From: an uncultured bacterium
GTDB taxonomy: Bacteria > Lernaellota > Lernaellaia > Lernaellales > Lernaellaceae
Length of the DNA: 40,460 bases
NCBI GenBank assembly: GCA_964534375.1
Contig: CAZHPN010000036.1
Coordinates: forward strand, 1-40,460
Direction of reading: 5' to 3'
The position numbers and the translations under genes are program-made. Under the pieces are notes generated by a model. That model did no database searches and was not told the DNA's origin. It saw nothing but the letters and a program-made list of their open reading frames with translations. Positions 9,713 to 21,328 of the stretch are shown here, piece after piece. How positions within the stretch are numbered: position 1 is the first letter of the stretch; every line of letters starts with the position of its first letter.

Positions 9713-10585
9713 GATGCCTCTCAAATCCGCCTGCGAAGCGGGCCGCCCCCATGACGGGCGACGTCGAAATACACCCCATGACGCCGCCGCGTTGTTGGCG
9801 TCCGAAGATGACATTGTCGACCGGGCGAACTTTTTTTGCAATGCCGCCCGCCGATTTGCCGGTTGCGTTGCTGCTGACGCCGCCGCAGGCGTTCACGCGA
9901 AGTCGTTCATGTAGTGTAATGTTCACTCTTCCGCCTTTTCCTATACTTTTTTTTTCGTTAAGGAAATTACCGGAGAAATGTACAAAACCGTGCACGGTTC
10001 CGAATCGGGCCTCCTTTACCGAGCGGGTTTCAGCCCCAAACCGAGCCGAAAAACCCCTGTATTTTTGCGCTCTTTGCGGAATCTGCGCTCTTCCAGACAG
10101 CGGCCGAAAGCTGCCTGGAACATGGGGTGTCGGACGCCGGTTTTTTTGGCGTGTACAGTGTAGGCTTCGAACAAGGGTCTCGCCGGCGCCCTGCGTTCGG
10201 GGCCGCGGTCGCAGCCAACACTCGGACGAACGTGAGCCCGCAAGAAGGCGAACCGACGGCCCGCCGCATACCGGTCTTGACGCAGCACCGCCGGCGCCGC
10301 CGTGTAATTCACCCACAACGGACTTTCCGTAGGCGCGGAAAGCGGTCTGCACATCAACAACAATCCAACGGGCGCGGGGGGGGACTGACCGTGAACAGAA
10401 AATTCTTGTGTTCGCCTGATCGCATCTATTGCCTTGGCGGTTCTTACCGCTGTACTCCCCGAGCTGTTGACGGCTGAGAGGCGTTTGAAATCGGTGTTTT
10501 TAACATTTTGATAAAAACCGTCTTGACAAATATCTGGCAGGTGTGCATAACGAGCGCACAAATGCTCGTACTGGCGAAAAACATA

Positions 10586-10613
10586 TTGATTTCACGGTAG
10601 AAATGGCTACACT
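10586..10613 (+). promoter_or_regulatory. Putative sigma70 promoter for the accessory genes
   Basis: TTGATT-16 bp-TACACT, followed by GGAGG RBS and GTG 10631. Confidence 0.4.
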
Positions 10614-10630
10614 GTTGCCGGAGGTGTGCC

Positions 10631-10849
10631 GTGGCTCGGATCGCGCTTCGGTTGTTGGGGAAAAACGAGCGGGAAGTTTATCAACTTGAATTCGCCATCC
10701 CTGAGTCCCGTGACGACGTGAAAATCTATCCTGGAGTCTGGCCGAGAAGTAATGTGCGGCTGCGCGCCAAACGTGTTAAAGGTTGGAAAGACCGAGACGC
10801 ACGGAGAGAGGCTGTGCTAAACCATCGGCCCAAGTGCATTCCATCGTAA
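10631..10849 (+). CDS. Small basic hypothetical protein
   Basis: 72 aa ORF with GGAGG RBS in a lower-GC patch. Confidence 0.55.
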   Translation: MARIALRLLGKNEREVYQLEFAIPESRDDVKIYPGVWPRSNVRLRAKRVKGWKDRDARREAVLNHRPKCIPS

Positions 10850-10901
10850 GTGTTTTTTGAGCGCCTAAAAATTCATACCACATTCTCGGGAGTTAGCACC
10901 A

Positions 10902-11598
10902 GTGCTAGACGAGAGTCTAAAACAACAATTTAAGCAACTGATTGTTTTTTATGGTCGCGTCAAGGAACTGGTGATCGCATCAGAGCGATACGATCCAGAC
11001 GCCGAACTCTCGATAACTGCGTTTGGTGAATTACGAAACGCCTTGGATCATGTTATGAAGGCGGAAAGCGCTGATTACGGGTTCACCCCGGCCGACGAGC
11101 TTAATAAACACTCTTTGAACGAATACTATAACATTCACGTCGGCAAGGCCCGCGCACACCTTTATCGGGCCGCATACGACGCATACGACGTAATTTCTAT
11201 ACAGGTACTAGATGATGTAAATCAAAAAAATTGACGGAATCGATCTAGATGTTCTTGCTCAAATAATTCCAGATGTGGGAGATAAGATTTTTGGCGCTCG
11301 TGAAAAAGCGCGTCAGGATCTGATAAAAGCAAAATCGGCAAAGGACATTGAGAAAGACCCGGATGAAGTCCTAGACGAAGGGCAGCTTAGCCAGTTTTTT
11401 TCGCTCTATGAAGCGGCAACCAATGATCTGACGGACATAAGGGATTTTCTTTTAACAAGATTTGGCGATTTGCAGAAACATCAAGCCGAGAAAGATCGAA
11501 AAAGCAAGCGCGATATCGCCATCGTCGTTGGCGTCGGAATAGTCGGCGCCGTACTCGGAGCAGCGCTCGGAGCGCTCTTTACTTACTGGCTTGAATAG
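10902..11598 (+). pseudogene. Frameshifted helical protein with RxxxxH (HEPN-like) motif and C-terminal TM helix
   Basis: ORFs 10902-11234 and 11275-11598 join (…DDVNQKIDGIDLDVLAQIIPDVGDK…) if one A is removed from the A7 run at 11224-11230. Confidence 0.7.
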
Positions 11599-11619
11599 AA
11601 AACGCCGAGATTCCCAGAT

Positions 11620-11856
11620 TTAGCCGTTCTTCCACCTCGCCGCATTCGCCTTCTTGGCGATCTCCTTGCGTCGCTCCGGCGAGAGCTTCTTCGCCCGCGC
11701 TTTGCCGCGCTTCGACGCGCCGAGCTTCGCCAGTGCGACGGCCGTGGGGTTGCGGGTGTCCGGCTCTTTCGGCGTGTCTTCCTCGATTACGTCGGCAACG
11801 ATGGACTGCGCCCATAGGTTGAGATCCCGGGGTCGCTCTTTCGTTGGCGTCTTCAT
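11620..11856 (-). CDS. Small Lys/Arg-rich protein (often annotated histone H1-like/RNA-binding; IS-associated)
   Basis: RPRDLN..A..IV...NPTAVALAKLGASKRGKARAKKLSPERRKEIAKKANAARW signature. Confidence 0.8.
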   Translation of the reverse strand: MKTPTKERPRDLNLWAQSIVADVIEEDTPKEPDTRNPTAVALAKLGASKRGKARAKKLSPERRKEIAKKANAARWKNG

Positions 11857-12184
11857 GCGCCAGTCGTAGCTCCGGTTGCTCGCGCGTTCAAGAGAAACGT
11901 TTTTTTCGAAATCGTAGAGTACCCGGCCGGTCTCGGCGCGGGCACCGCGCCGGCTCGTCGAGCCTGCTTATTCTCCCGCCAGTGTTTGTCGGTTCGACCG
12001 GCCGGACCGCCGGATATTTCAAAAGTTATTTTTATATTTATTCGAATCGGCGAGCACGGTTCAACCGCCGAAAATGCCGCCGGGCGCCGCCGGTTCCGGC
12101 CGCCGCCTCGGCCATCGCCGGAAACGAGATTGGAAAACGCGCACAACCTGTTGATATTTCAGCGAAAGTTATTTGCAATGGCGA

Positions 12185-14786
<2,602 letters not shown>

Positions 14787-14858
14787 CCGCGCCCCGGCGC
14801 CCGGTTGACGAAAATCGGGCGTGGGTTCAGGTTAATTCGGAACCAAGGAGCGTTGTTC

Positions 14859-16244
14859 GTGGCGAAAGTTCTGCTGACGACCCTGTTTCGGGACGGGCGG
14901 CACGAACCTGTCGTGCCCCCGCTGGCGCTGCTGTATATCGCCGCGGCGGTGCGCGCGGCCGGCCACGAAGCACGGGTTCTCGACCTGCGCGCGCGCCGCG
15001 AATCGGTGTCGCAGCAGTTGACCCCGATCAAGAATTTTCTCCCGCAGGTCATCGTGATATCGGCCGAAATCTTTGACGCGCGCGTGCTGCGCGACGCGGT
15101 CGCCGAGTTGCGGACCCACATGGGGCACGCCCGGGTTGTCGTCGTCGGACCGCTGGCGCACGGCTTGACGCTGGAATGCCTGCAAATTCCCGGCGTCGAC
15201 GCGGCCGTCCGCGGCGAGGGCGAGGAGGCGATCCCGCGCCTCATCGCCGCCTACGTCGCCGACGAAATTCCGCCGGTGATCGCCGGCGTCGGCTATCCCG
15301 GCGTCGCCGTCGGCGGCGAGCCCGAGCCGATCGCCGATTTGGACGCGCTGCCGTTTCCGGCCTGGGATTTGGTGGACGTCGATCTCTACCAGGAGCAGCG
15401 GCGCCGCGGTCATTTTTTCAAAGATCAGCGCTGGTTCACCGTCTTGTCGAGCCGCGGCTGCCAATACGGCGGCGTGGCGAATCTGCATCCGTACGGGCGC
15501 ACGTTTCGCGCGCGCAGTCCGGAATCGGTGGTGCGCGAAATCGAAGAGTTGGTGTGGAAGTACCGCATCCGGGAAATTCATTTCGTCGACGAGGGGTTCG
15601 CGACCGATTTGCCGCGCGCCAAGCAGATTGCCGACTTGCTGGCGGCGCGCCAGTTGGATGTCGCGCTGGTCGTGCCGGCCGGCCCGCGCGCCGATCGTCT
15701 CGACCGCGAACTGATCGACAAACTCGCCGCCGCCCATTGTTTCCGCATGGTGTTCGATATTGAAACCGCCGCGCCGCGCGTGCAAACCATCGCGCGGAAC
15801 AACGCCAATCTGTCCAAACTCGACATGGTGTTCAAATACGCCGCCGGGAAACGCATTATCACCGACGGCGTTTTTGCCCTGGGTTTCCCGGGCGAAACCG
15901 ACGCCGAAGCGCGGGCGACCGTCGATTTCGCGTTGCGCAGCAATTTGACGCTCGTTTCGCTGCACCGGGTTCGTCCGACGCCGGGGTCCGAGTTGTGGGA
16001 AACCGCCGCGCACCTCGGCAAGACGCAGGATTTCGATCCGGCGAAAGCCGAGGCCGAGGACCCGCCGATCCATTTCGCCGCCGCGACGCCGAAGGCGCTC
16101 AAACGTTTGAGCCGTCGCGGCCGTTGGCGGTTTTATCTCCATCCGCGGCGCTTGTGGCGCATCTGGCGCTTGGCGCCGCGCAAACGCCAATTCTGGGGGT
16201 TGATCTCCAGCCGGCTGTCCGCCTCCGGCGGCGGGGAAGCGTGA
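14859..16244 (+). CDS. B12-binding-domain radical SAM superfamily homologue with degenerate Fe-S motif
   Basis: PPLALLYIAAAV, RGEGEE, DLDALPFPAWDL, SRGC, RSPESVVREIE, GFPGET. The motif reads CQYGGVAN instead of CxxxCxxC. GTG start after AAGGAG. Confidence 0.85.
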   Translation: MAKVLLTTLFRDGRHEPVVPPLALLYIAAAVRAAGHEARVLDLRARRESVSQQLTPIKNFLPQVIVISAEIFDARVLRDAVAELRTHMGHARVVVVGPLAHGLTLECLQIPGVDAAVRGEGEEAIPRLIAAYVADEIPPVIAGVGYPGVAVGGEPEPIADLDALPFPAWDLVDVDLYQEQRRRGHFFKDQRWFTVLSSRGCQYGGVANLHPYGRTFRARSPESVVREIEELVWKYRIREIHFVDEGFATDLPRAKQIADLLAARQLDVALVVPAGPRADRLDRELIDKLAAAHCFRMVFDIETAAPRVQTIARNNANLSKLDMVFKYAAGKRIITDGVFALGFPGETDAEARATVDFALRSNLTLVSLHRVRPTPGSELWETAAHLGKTQDFDPAKAEAEDPPIHFAAATPKALKRLSRRGRWRFYLHPRRLWRIWRLAPRKRQFWGLISSRLSASGGGEA

Positions 16245-16612
16245 TGCACGAGGTCACCGTCATTCGGTCGTTCAGCGCCGCGCACTGCTTGCGCGGGTAC
16301 CGCGGGCAATGCGAGGAATTGCACGGGCACAACTGGCGCGTCGAACTTTCCGCCGCCGGCGAGGAACTCGACGAACTGGGCATGGTCGTGGATTTCAAAA
16401 CGCTGAAGAAAACGCTCGACGATATTCTCGCGCTGTTCGATCATCACTATTTGAACGACATCCCGCCGTTCGATCGCCTGAATCCGTCGAGCGAGAATCT
16501 CGCCCGTTTCATCTTCGAAGAGGCCGCCAAGGTCTTCAACAATGACCGCGTGCGCATGACCCGCTGCCGCGTCTGGGAATCCGACGACGCGTTCTCGACG
16601 TACATGCCCTGA
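16244..16612 (+). CDS. queD: 6-carboxy-5,6,7,8-tetrahydropterin synthase
   Basis: FSAAH, CEELHGHNW, GMVVDF, DHHYLND, PSSEN, VWES; TGATG overlap with the upstream gene. Confidence 0.93.
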   Translation: MHEVTVIRSFSAAHCLRGYRGQCEELHGHNWRVELSAAGEELDELGMVVDFKTLKKTLDDILALFDHHYLNDIPPFDRLNPSSENLARFIFEEAAKVFNNDRVRMTRCRVWESDDAFSTYMP

Positions 16613-16623
16613 ATAGTTCCGAC

Positions 16624-17769
16624 TTACGGCAGGAACGTCAACGTATTCGGCCCGTCGTTGACGATCGTTTGGTAGATCACTTTGTTGTCCTGCGCCGGAT
16701 CGATGACATACAGGTAGTCGCTGTTGAAATCCACCGCGTACAAACGGCCGGCCGGATCGAGCGCGAGGCCGGAAATATATGACAGTCCCGACCCCGGCAC
16801 ATGGAGGCGCAGATCGATCGACGGCAATTGCCGGCCGGCGTCGAGATCGACGACCAGCACCTCGCCGTCCAGACCGTTTTCGAGGTAGGCCAGACCGGAC
16901 GGCGCGATGAGCGGCACGAACGGCGCGCCTTGCACGGCGATGCGGCGCACCACCGCCTGCGTCGTCGGGTCGACGCCTTCCAGCAGACCATCGCCGACAA
17001 AACCCACCGAATTGTGATAATCGCCGGCGGAGCACACCCAGACCAGCTTTCGCGCGTCGTCGTACATGACGCCGATCGGGTCGCGCCCCTGCAAGGTCAC
17101 GACGCCGGCGAGCGTCGCCGTCGCCGTGTCGACGAGGGCGAGTTGGCCCGGTCCGGCAGGGGTCCATTGCGCCGAGAGATTCGACAGCGCCACGAACAAC
17201 GTGCCGCCGACCAGCGCCACGCCGTCGGGCCGCGCCCAGCTCGTCGTCACGCCGGCGTCGTGCGGCAGCGCGGCGGAATCAGGCAGGGCGACGGTCGCCT
17301 GCACGGCCTGCCCGGCCGGGCCCGGCCCCAGATTCACCAGGCGCACGTCGTTGGCCAGAAAGTCGGAAACCCAGCCGGTCTGACCGGCGGCGAGCGCGAG
17401 GTTCATCGGGTTGGCGCCCGCGCCGACCTCCGCCTCGCGGATGACGTTGAGGTTCAGGTCGTAGACGACCACGGAATTCGACAGGCTGCACACCGTGTAA
17501 AAAGCGGTGGCCGTCGCGACCGCGTCGTTGATGGCCATGTCGGTCGGGGCGACGTTTTGAAAAATCTCGAACGTCGGCCCTTCGCGGACCTTGAGGATGC
17601 TGATCGTTTCCGACAAGCCGCCGCCGATCGCGAGGTAATAGGGATAAGCGTTGGGGTTGGTGTTGCCGTCGTCGCCGCGAAAATCGGCGCCGCTGATCTG
17701 CGCCTTGAGGTCGCCGCACCCGGCGACCGCCGCCGCCAGGAGCCAGACCGCCAAGAATCGCCGCCTCAT
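16624..17769 (-). CDS. YncE-like beta-propeller lipoprotein (BtuG-like candidate)
   Basis: MRRRFLAVWLLAAAVAG-C lipobox; repeated propeller blades (VGAGANPMNL, RPDGVAL, DPIGV, GPNTL); second gene after the cobalamin riboswitch. Confidence 0.8.
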   Translation of the reverse strand: MRRRFLAVWLLAAAVAGCGDLKAQISGADFRGDDGNTNPNAYPYYLAIGGGLSETISILKVREGPTFEIFQNVAPTDMAINDAVATATAFYTVCSLSNSVVVYDLNLNVIREAEVGAGANPMNLALAAGQTGWVSDFLANDVRLVNLGPGPAGQAVQATVALPDSAALPHDAGVTTSWARPDGVALVGGTLFVALSNLSAQWTPAGPGQLALVDTATATLAGVVTLQGRDPIGVMYDDARKLVWVCSAGDYHNSVGFVGDGLLEGVDPTTQAVVRRIAVQGAPFVPLIAPSGLAYLENGLDGEVLVVDLDAGRQLPSIDLRLHVPGSGLSYISGLALDPAGRLYAVDFNSDYLYVIDPAQDNKVIYQTIVNDGPNTLTFLP

Positions 17770-18662
17770 GACCCGCAGCCGCCCCGGTGCGAGGCCGGCG
17801 ACGCGCCGGCCGCGTCGTCGTCGCCGCGCCATGGCGGCGAGGCGTCGTTGTCGTCGTTGTCGTCGTTGTCGTTGTCGTCGTCATCGCCCGCGTTGCTCTC
17901 GTCCAATATGGCGACCGCGCCAAGATCGAAACCGGCCGACGGCGCGATTGTCGGATACGGATCGTAAATCGGGTGGTTTGCTGCGTAGCCGAAAAATTCC
18001 GCGTCGTCGGAATAGGCGCCGCCGCCGGGCACGTCGACGATCCGCACAAAACGGATATTGTCGAGATCGACCAGACCTTCGGCGACGAGCGGGTCTTTCG
18101 CCAGATCGTCGAGATCGAACGGCGTGCCTTGCGATATCCCATAAGCGTTTTGGCCTTTGCCGCCGGCCAGATTGTGGAGATTGGTCGGGTCAAGTTCGCC
18201 ATACGCCCCGATCGGCGCCGCGGTCAGCGAAACGCTCGGGAAGCGCGCGAAATGGACGCCGTCGGTGCTGACTTCGACGTAAGCGAGTTCCAAATACCAA
18301 AGGCTGCCGCTGACGTAAAATCCGTTCTCCCAAACCGCCAGATCGTAACCCGGCCGATTCTTGATCGCGGCGTCGAAGGTCATCGTGATCTGGCCGGGCG
18401 CCACCCCCGAGCCGATCAGGCTTTCGCCGAGGCTGACGACCTTGGTGACGTCGCCCGTGGGTTTGCCCAGCGCCTTGGTCGGATCGTTGTACGGCGCCTC
18501 GACGCCGTCGGCCGGCTCGTAATTCAGATAGCCCGTCGCCCAACCGACGATGCTCGGGTCGTCGTTGCCGATGGGGGATTCCGTGTACGGCCCGGCGACG
18601 GCCGAATCGGCCGCCAACAGAAAGGCGATCGCCAGAACGAAAAAAATGGAAACGCTGCGCAT
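17766..18662 (-). CDS. Secreted cell-surface protein (BtuH-like candidate) with Asp/Asn-rich linker and terminal GGCGS
   Basis: Signal peptide; DPTKALG, VVSLG, ITMTFD, DLAVWENGF, VEVSTDG, FDLDDL, GFDLGAV motifs; GAGGAGG RBS. Confidence 0.75.
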   Translation of the reverse strand: MRSVSIFFVLAIAFLLAADSAVAGPYTESPIGNDDPSIVGWATGYLNYEPADGVEAPYNDPTKALGKPTGDVTKVVSLGESLIGSGVAPGQITMTFDAAIKNRPGYDLAVWENGFYVSGSLWYLELAYVEVSTDGVHFARFPSVSLTAAPIGAYGELDPTNLHNLAGGKGQNAYGISQGTPFDLDDLAKDPLVAEGLVDLDNIRFVRIVDVPGGGAYSDDAEFFGYAANHPIYDPYPTIAPSAGFDLGAVAILDESNAGDDDDNDNDDNDDNDASPPWRGDDDAAGASPASHRGGCGS

Positions 18663-18701
18663 GAGCACCTCCTCGGGCGCCGACCACCAAGGTCCGGAGT
18701 T

Positions 18702-18850
18702 GGATCGGGCAGGTTTCCTGGCTCGCGGGTCAAACGCGTTCGGCCGCCTTCCCATCGCGCTTCCGCGCAACAGTGGCCGCGTGGCCGTTCGCTTCCCGTT
18801 TACAGTGGCGGGACCGCGCCGGATTTGCACCGGCTTCCCTCGCCCGACCG
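18702..18850 (-). ncRNA. Cobalamin (B12) riboswitch
   Basis: Minus strand: AGGGAAgccGGTGcAAATCCggcgCGGTCCCGCCACTGT...GCCACTG...GGGAAGG...GAGCCAGGAAACCTGCC; closing pairing ggtcgggc/gcccgatc. Confidence 0.95.
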
Positions 18851-18971
18851 CCATGTAGAAAAAGAACCTTGAACACTATTTAACGCATTGCGCCAGAAAA
18901 TCCAGCCCGGGTTTTGCGGTTGAATTATTCGACTGTGATTATTTTGACAGGATCAACGGGATCGGTGAATC

Positions 18972-19113
18972 GTGGCCAGTGGCCAGTGGTCAGTGGTCAG
19001 TGGTCAGTGGTCAGTGGTCAGTGAACCGATCCGTATGTCGGGCGGTACGGGTTCACTGTTCATTGTTCGCTGTTCATTGTTCACTGTTCGTTGTTCGCTG
19101 TTCGCTGTTCGCT
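18972..19113. repeat. Paired heptamer tandem arrays in inverted orientation
   Basis: GTGG(C/T)CA x7 (18972-19020) and GTTC(A/G)(C/T)T x9 (19051-19113) around an AGTGAACC...GGTTCACT hairpin core. Confidence 0.9.
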
Positions 19114-19115
19114 GG

Positions 19116-20060
19116 TTACCGGCCGCGGTGTTTGCGGCGTCTCGCGATGAAGATGACGAGCGACAAGAGGACGCCGAGCACGATCAGCCACGGCAGCAAC
19201 ACCATGATCAGCGAAATCAGCCCGCCGGCAAACGACATCATCGCGTGGACGCTGCCCTTCATGTGGGGTCCGGCGTTTTCCAGCGCGTTGAGCAGCGGCG
19301 CAAAAACGCTGTCGGGCGGCGCGATTTTTTGCAGCACTTCCTGGCGCATCGTCACCTTCAGCGTCGAAAGCGCAATGCGGTCGTCCATGCCGCGCAGCGA
19401 GCCTTGCAGCCGCTCGATGTCGAGCCGCAGCCGGGCCAGCTCGCGCTCGACGTCGAGCAGGTCTTTGAACTGATAGCTCTTGTTCTCGATCAGCGATTCG
19501 AGCCGCGCCGCCAGCTTTTCGTCGGTCTCGATGCGCCGGTTCAGATCGACCCATTGGTCGGTGACGTCTTCCGTGGCGGTCGCTTCTTTTTCGATCACGC
19601 CCAGCGCGGCGAGCGATTTGATGAACGGCGCGAAGCCCTCGGCCGGCAGGCGCAGGGTCATTTGGATTTCACTGCTTAAGTCGCCGCGGTCGAAGCGCAC
19701 ATCGGCGACAAACCCGCCGGCGGCGCGCGTCATCTCTTCCAACTTGGCGCGGCTGGCCTCCAGATCGCGGACCCGCAACCCGACTTCGCCGTTGCGGATC
19801 AGTTTGCGCCCGCGCGTCGCGGCGTCGAGCGGCGGCAATTGGCCGGCGGCGTCTTTGTTGGCTTCCTCCTTGGCGGCGAGTTGGTCGCCCGCAAAACCGG
19901 CTTGCTGCGTGGCCGCCAACGTGGGGGTCGTTGCGCCGGCGGGACGATTCACCGATATTTCCTGCGGAGTCGGCGCCATCCGCTCGAATTTTGAGCCCTG
20001 TTGACACCCAATCAGGACGACGAACAACACGGCGAGAAGGGCGATGCGACGGATCTTCAT
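19116..20060 (-). CDS. DUF4349 domain lipoprotein
   Basis: LIG-C lipobox; RKLIRNGEVGLRV, TLRLPA, EDVTDQWVDL, LLDVEREL; C-terminal TM helix. Confidence 0.9.
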   Translation of the reverse strand: MKIRRIALLAVLFVVLIGCQQGSKFERMAPTPQEISVNRPAGATTPTLAATQQAGFAGDQLAAKEEANKDAAGQLPPLDAATRGRKLIRNGEVGLRVRDLEASRAKLEEMTRAAGGFVADVRFDRGDLSSEIQMTLRLPAEGFAPFIKSLAALGVIEKEATATEDVTDQWVDLNRRIETDEKLAARLESLIENKSYQFKDLLDVERELARLRLDIERLQGSLRGMDDRIALSTLKVTMRQEVLQKIAPPDSVFAPLLNALENAGPHMKGSVHAMMSFAGGLISLIMVLLPWLIVLGVLLSLVIFIARRRKHRGR

Positions 20061-20228
20061 GGGCTGGCCTCCCGGTTCTTGCTGTACGGTTCGACAAACG
20101 ACGCGGCGATTTGTTCCGCGCGGCGGAAAAAAGTCCTTCGCGATTTGCGAAAGCAGCAGGCGATGGGTAATCTGCATCGCGACGCGGTTATTATTGTATC
20201 GGCCAAACCGCCTCGACGAAAGGACGCC

Positions 20229-21203
20229 ATGCCCGGGAAAATCACCGATGTGCCGGGAGTTCGGGTCGGCCACGCGTACGACGAACGCGGCCGCACGGGC
20301 GTAACCGTCATTCTCTGCGACCCGCCGGCGATCGGCGCGATGGACCGGCGCGGCGCGGCGATCAGCACGCGGCAGTGCGATTCGCTGCTGCCCGAACACT
20401 TGCTCTCGCGGGTGGACGCGATCGTGCTCGCCGGCGGCAGCGCCTTCGGCCTCGACTGCGCGGCGGGCGTGATGGACGAATTGTCGGCGCGCGGGATCGG
20501 CATGCCCACGCCCGGCCGGCCGGTGCCGATCGTGCCGACCGCGGCGCTTTTCGACCTCGGCTTCGGCGCGAGCGATGCGCAGCCGACGCCCGCGTTGGCG
20601 CGGCAAGCGGCGCGGGCCGCGGCGCGCGACTTCGCCGAGGGCAGCGTCGGCGCGGGCCACGGCGCCAGCGTCGGGAAGGTCTTCGGCATCACGTGGGCGA
20701 TGAAGGGCGGCCTGGGCACGGCGAGCCGGCGGCGAGCGGCGGACGGCCTGATCGTCGGCGCGCTCGCCGCGGTCAACGCCTGGGGCGACGTGGTCGATCC
20801 GGCGACCGGCCGCATTATCGCCGGCGCGCGCGATCCGTCGGGAAAAGGCCGCTTTGCCGATACGGCGAAAGTGCTGGCGACCGAGCCGCTGCAAAAGCGT
20901 CCGGGCTTCGCCGTCTTCGACAACACCGTGCTGGCGGTCGTCGCGACCAACGCTCGGCTCGATAAAAACCTGGCGAATTTCGTGGCGCGGATGGCGCAGA
21001 CCGGCCTGGCCCGCGCGGTGCGGCCGAGCCACGGTCCGTTCGACGGCGACGTGATTTTTGCGCTGTCGTGCGGCGACGTGCCGCTGGATCCGGCGGCGGT
21101 CGGTCAACTGGCCGCCGAAGCCGTGGCCGAGGCGATCGTTCGCGCGGTGCAAACGGCGGACGGATTCGGGGTGCTGCCGGATGCGAGGGAGGCGCCGGAG
21201 TAG
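20229..21203 (+). CDS. P1 family peptidase (S58, DmpA/ArgJ-like)
   Basis: ITDVPGVRVGH, TGVTV, LAGGSAFGL, GSVGAGHGA, MKGGLG, NTVLAVVATNA, DGDVIFALS. Confidence 0.92.
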   Translation: MPGKITDVPGVRVGHAYDERGRTGVTVILCDPPAIGAMDRRGAAISTRQCDSLLPEHLLSRVDAIVLAGGSAFGLDCAAGVMDELSARGIGMPTPGRPVPIVPTAALFDLGFGASDAQPTPALARQAARAAARDFAEGSVGAGHGASVGKVFGITWAMKGGLGTASRRRAADGLIVGALAAVNAWGDVVDPATGRIIAGARDPSGKGRFADTAKVLATEPLQKRPGFAVFDNTVLAVVATNARLDKNLANFVARMAQTGLARAVRPSHGPFDGDVIFALSCGDVPLDPAAVGQLAAEAVAEAIVRAVQTADGFGVLPDAREAPE

Positions 21204-21328
21204 TCAGAAGACAGAAGCGAGAAGTCAGAAGTCAGAAGCCAGAAGTCAGAAATGAGCAAGCGGCGATCCGGCGCGCAAGACGATTCGCCGACGTGAAATT
21301 CGCCATTCGCCATTCGCCATTCGTCATT
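21202..21328. repeat. Paired heptamer tandem arrays between convergent genes
   Basis: AG(T/A/C)(C/G)AGA x7 (21202-21250) and ATTCG(C/T)C x4 (21298-21328). Confidence 0.88.

Noticed and set aside
14859..16244. Calling the radical-SAM gene queE because it precedes queD
   Set aside because: It is about twice QueE length, has an N-terminal B12-binding domain and lacks the QueE cluster motif.
18663..18854. N-terminal extension of ORF 17766-18854
   Set aside because: It overlaps the riboswitch; the RBS and signal peptide indicate ATG 18662.
18972..19113. Repeat arrays as CRISPR
   Set aside because: 7-nt tandem units with no unique spacers, and no cas genes in the window.
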